From positions 682,001 through 746,000 of the forward strand of contig MU058289.1 of assembly GCA_013265495.1 (NCBI GenBank): 64,000 bases of DNA. The letters are read 5' to 3'. Shown here in pieces: positions 61,611 to 64,000 of the stretch (positions are counted from its first letter, which is position 1; each line of letters opens with the position of its first letter). A program made the translations under genes and the position numbers. This DNA is from Vicugna vicugna. Its lineage: Eukaryota. The notes beneath the pieces are model-generated. The model had not been told where the DNA came from. It did not search any database and worked only from the letters and a program-made list of their open reading frames with translations.

Positions 61611-62500
61611 AATGAACAACTCTTGACACATAGGTTTGACCACTTAGATTAAATGGATCAATCCTCAAAAAGTACAAACTACCACAACTCACTCAATATG
61701 ACTTAGATCATTCAAATAGCCCTGTGTCTACTAAGGTAATATAAAATGTGAAGAAGAAATCTTCAGGCTAATATGGTTTTCCTGGAGAATCCTACCCAAC
61801 ATTTAAAGAAGAATTAGCTTCAATTCCACATCATCTCTTTCAGGAAACAGTAGAAGGAATGCTTCCCAGCTCATTCAATGAAGCCAGGATTACCCTGAAA
61901 CCAAAACAAAACAAAACAAAAAGACAAAGATAATACAAAAAAGAAAACTGCAGATCAATCTTCCTCATGAATATAGATGCAAAATTCTTTAACATAATAT
62001 TAGCAGAGAGAATTCAGCAATATATAAAAATAATTATACACCTGTGACCAAGTTGGGATTATTCCAGGGATACAAGTCTGGTTCAATATTCAAAATACAA
62101 TCAACGGAATCTCGTATTAATGGGACAAAGAAGAAAAATCACATGATCATATAAATTGTCCCAGAAGAAGCATTTGACAAAATTCAACACCCTTTCATGA
62201 TAAAGAAAAAAAAAAAAAGACGTCTCTGAAAGCTAGGAATAGAGAGGAAATTTCTCAACTTGATTACTTACAACTAACCTACAAAAACTACAGCGAACAT
62301 ACTTAACACTGAAAGACTGAATGTTTTCTCCCCTAAGCTTGGAAACAAGGCAAGGATGTCCACTCTCATCACTCCTATTCAGTGTAATACTGGAAGTTCT
62401 AGGCAGCATAATAAGGCAAGGAAAAGCAATAAAAAGCATACAGATCTGAAAGGAAGAAATAAAACTGTTCCTACTTACAGCTAACATAATGGTTTATGTA

Positions 62501-62597
62501 CTCTTATTTTGTTTTTTGTGGAGGTACTGGGGATTGAACCCAAGACCTCGTGTGTGCTAAGCATGGGCTCTACCACTGAGCTATTTCCCTCCCACCT
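62501..62597 (-). mobile_element. Vic-1-like SINE nested in L1
   Basis: gaggtactggggattgaacccaagacctcg...taccactgagcta; TSD cataatggtttatgta / cataatggtctatgta. Confidence 0.9.
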
Positions 62598-62877
62598 CAT
62601 AATGGTCTATGTAGAAAATCCCAAGGAATCTACAAAAAAAATTCTAAAACTAGTAAGTGAATTCAGCAAGGTTGCAAAATATATGATCAACACAAAACTT
62701 AGTCACATTTCTCTATATTACTAATGAATATGTGGAAACTGAAATTTAAAATACAATTCCATTTACAATGGCTTAAAAAAAAAGAAATGCCTAGATATAA
62801 ATCTAACAAAATATATATAAGATGTCTATATTGAAAACTGCAAAACAAGGCTGAAAAAAAGTCAAAGAAGAAAATAA

Positions 62878-64000
62878 ATAAAACCCTATAAGGTCCACAC
62901 AAAAACTACTAGAGCTGATTGAAGAATTCAACAAGGTAGCAGGTTACAAAATCAACGTTCAAAAATCAGTTGCATTTCCTTACACTAACGATAAATCAAC
63001 AGAAAAAGAAAGTAAAGAAACAATCCCCTTTAAAATAGCACCCAAAGTAATAAAATATCTGGGAATAAATCTAACCAAGGAGGTGAAAGAATTATACATG
63101 GAAAACTATAAACCATTGATGAAGGAAATTAAAGAAGTCTTTAAAAAATGGAAAGACATCCCATGCTCTTGGATTGGAAGAATCAATATTGTTAAAATGG
63201 TCACACTGCCCAAGGCAACCTACAGATTTAATGCAATCCCTATCCAATTACCCAGGACATATTTCACAGAACTAGAACAAAGCATAATAAAATTTATATG
63301 GAACCATCAAAGACCTAGAATTGCTAAAGCATTACTGAAGAGAAAGAAAGAGGCTGGAGGAATAACTCTCCCAGACTTCAGACAATACTATAGAGCTACA
63401 GTCATCAAGACAGCATGGTATTGGTACCAAAACAGACATATAGACCAATGGAACAGAATAGAGAGCCCAGAAATGAACCCACAAACTTTTGGTCAACTCA
63501 TCTTCGACAAAGGAGGCAAGAATATACAATGGAATAAAGACAGTCTCTTCAGCAAATGGTGTTGGGAAAACTGGACAGCAGCATGTAAAACAATGAAGCT
63601 AGAACACACCCTTACACCATATACAAAAATCAACTCAAAATGGATTAAAGACTTAAACATAAGACAAGATACAATAAACCTCCTAGAGGAAAACATAGGC
63701 AAAACATTATCTGACATACATTTCAAAAATTTTCTCCTAGAAGAAATAAAAGCAAGAATAAACAAATGGGACCTAATGAAACTTACAAGCTTCTGCAGAG
63801 CAAAGGAAACCAGAAATAAAACAAGAAGAAAACCTACGGAATGGGAGAAAATTTTTGCAAGTGAAACCGACAAAGGCTTGATCTCCAAAATATATAAGCA
63901 GCTCATACGACTCAATAAGAAAAAAATAAACAACCCAATCCAAAAATGGGCAGAAGACCTAAACAAGCAATTCTCCAAGGAAGACATACAAATGATCAAA
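62878..64000 (+). mobile_element. Younger L1 ORF2 fragment, continues past window end
   Basis: 62960-64000 is colinear with 1-1024 (same subfamily). Confidence 0.95.

Larger units (their letters stand above)
60386..62877 (+). mobile_element. Older L1 ORF2 fragment (endonuclease to RT region), with nested insertions
   Basis: Decayed ORF2 text (aaggagaaatagat..., gaagaagcatttgacaaaattcaacacc, ggaaacaaggcaaggatgtccactctc). Confidence 0.9.

Noticed and set aside
1..64000. CRISPR arrays, operons, prokaryotic or viral inserts
   Set aside because: No spaced direct-repeat array or intronless gene-dense segment; the sequence is mammalian throughout.

Overview
Mammalian genomic DNA, most likely camelid: six copies of a tRNA-Ala-like SINE resembling Vic-1 are present. 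The window is the CD22-FFAR locus read on the minus strand. It holds a complete 14-exon CD22 (about 854 aa), intact FFAR1 (300 aa), a single intact FFAR3 (327-329 aa) and a multiply disrupted FFAR2-like (FFAR2L-type) pseudogene. The main unexplained signal is on the plus strand. From about 3.3 kb to about 35.8 kb there is a chain of more than 30 splice-site-bounded, partly phase-compatible exon remnants. They encode amphipathic beta-strand segments with recurring H/N-x-x-P motifs, then a helical stretch, then VWD/C8-like sequence. I interpret this (inference, not database-verified) as a decayed large lipid-transfer-protein gene of the apoB/apolipophorin/LOC400499 type, which hosts the FFAR2L pseudogene antisense in an intron. 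The rest is ordinary mammalian repeat (L1, L2, MIR, MLT, MER5A, solo LTRs) plus a 296-N assembly gap. Repeat boundaries are approximate.
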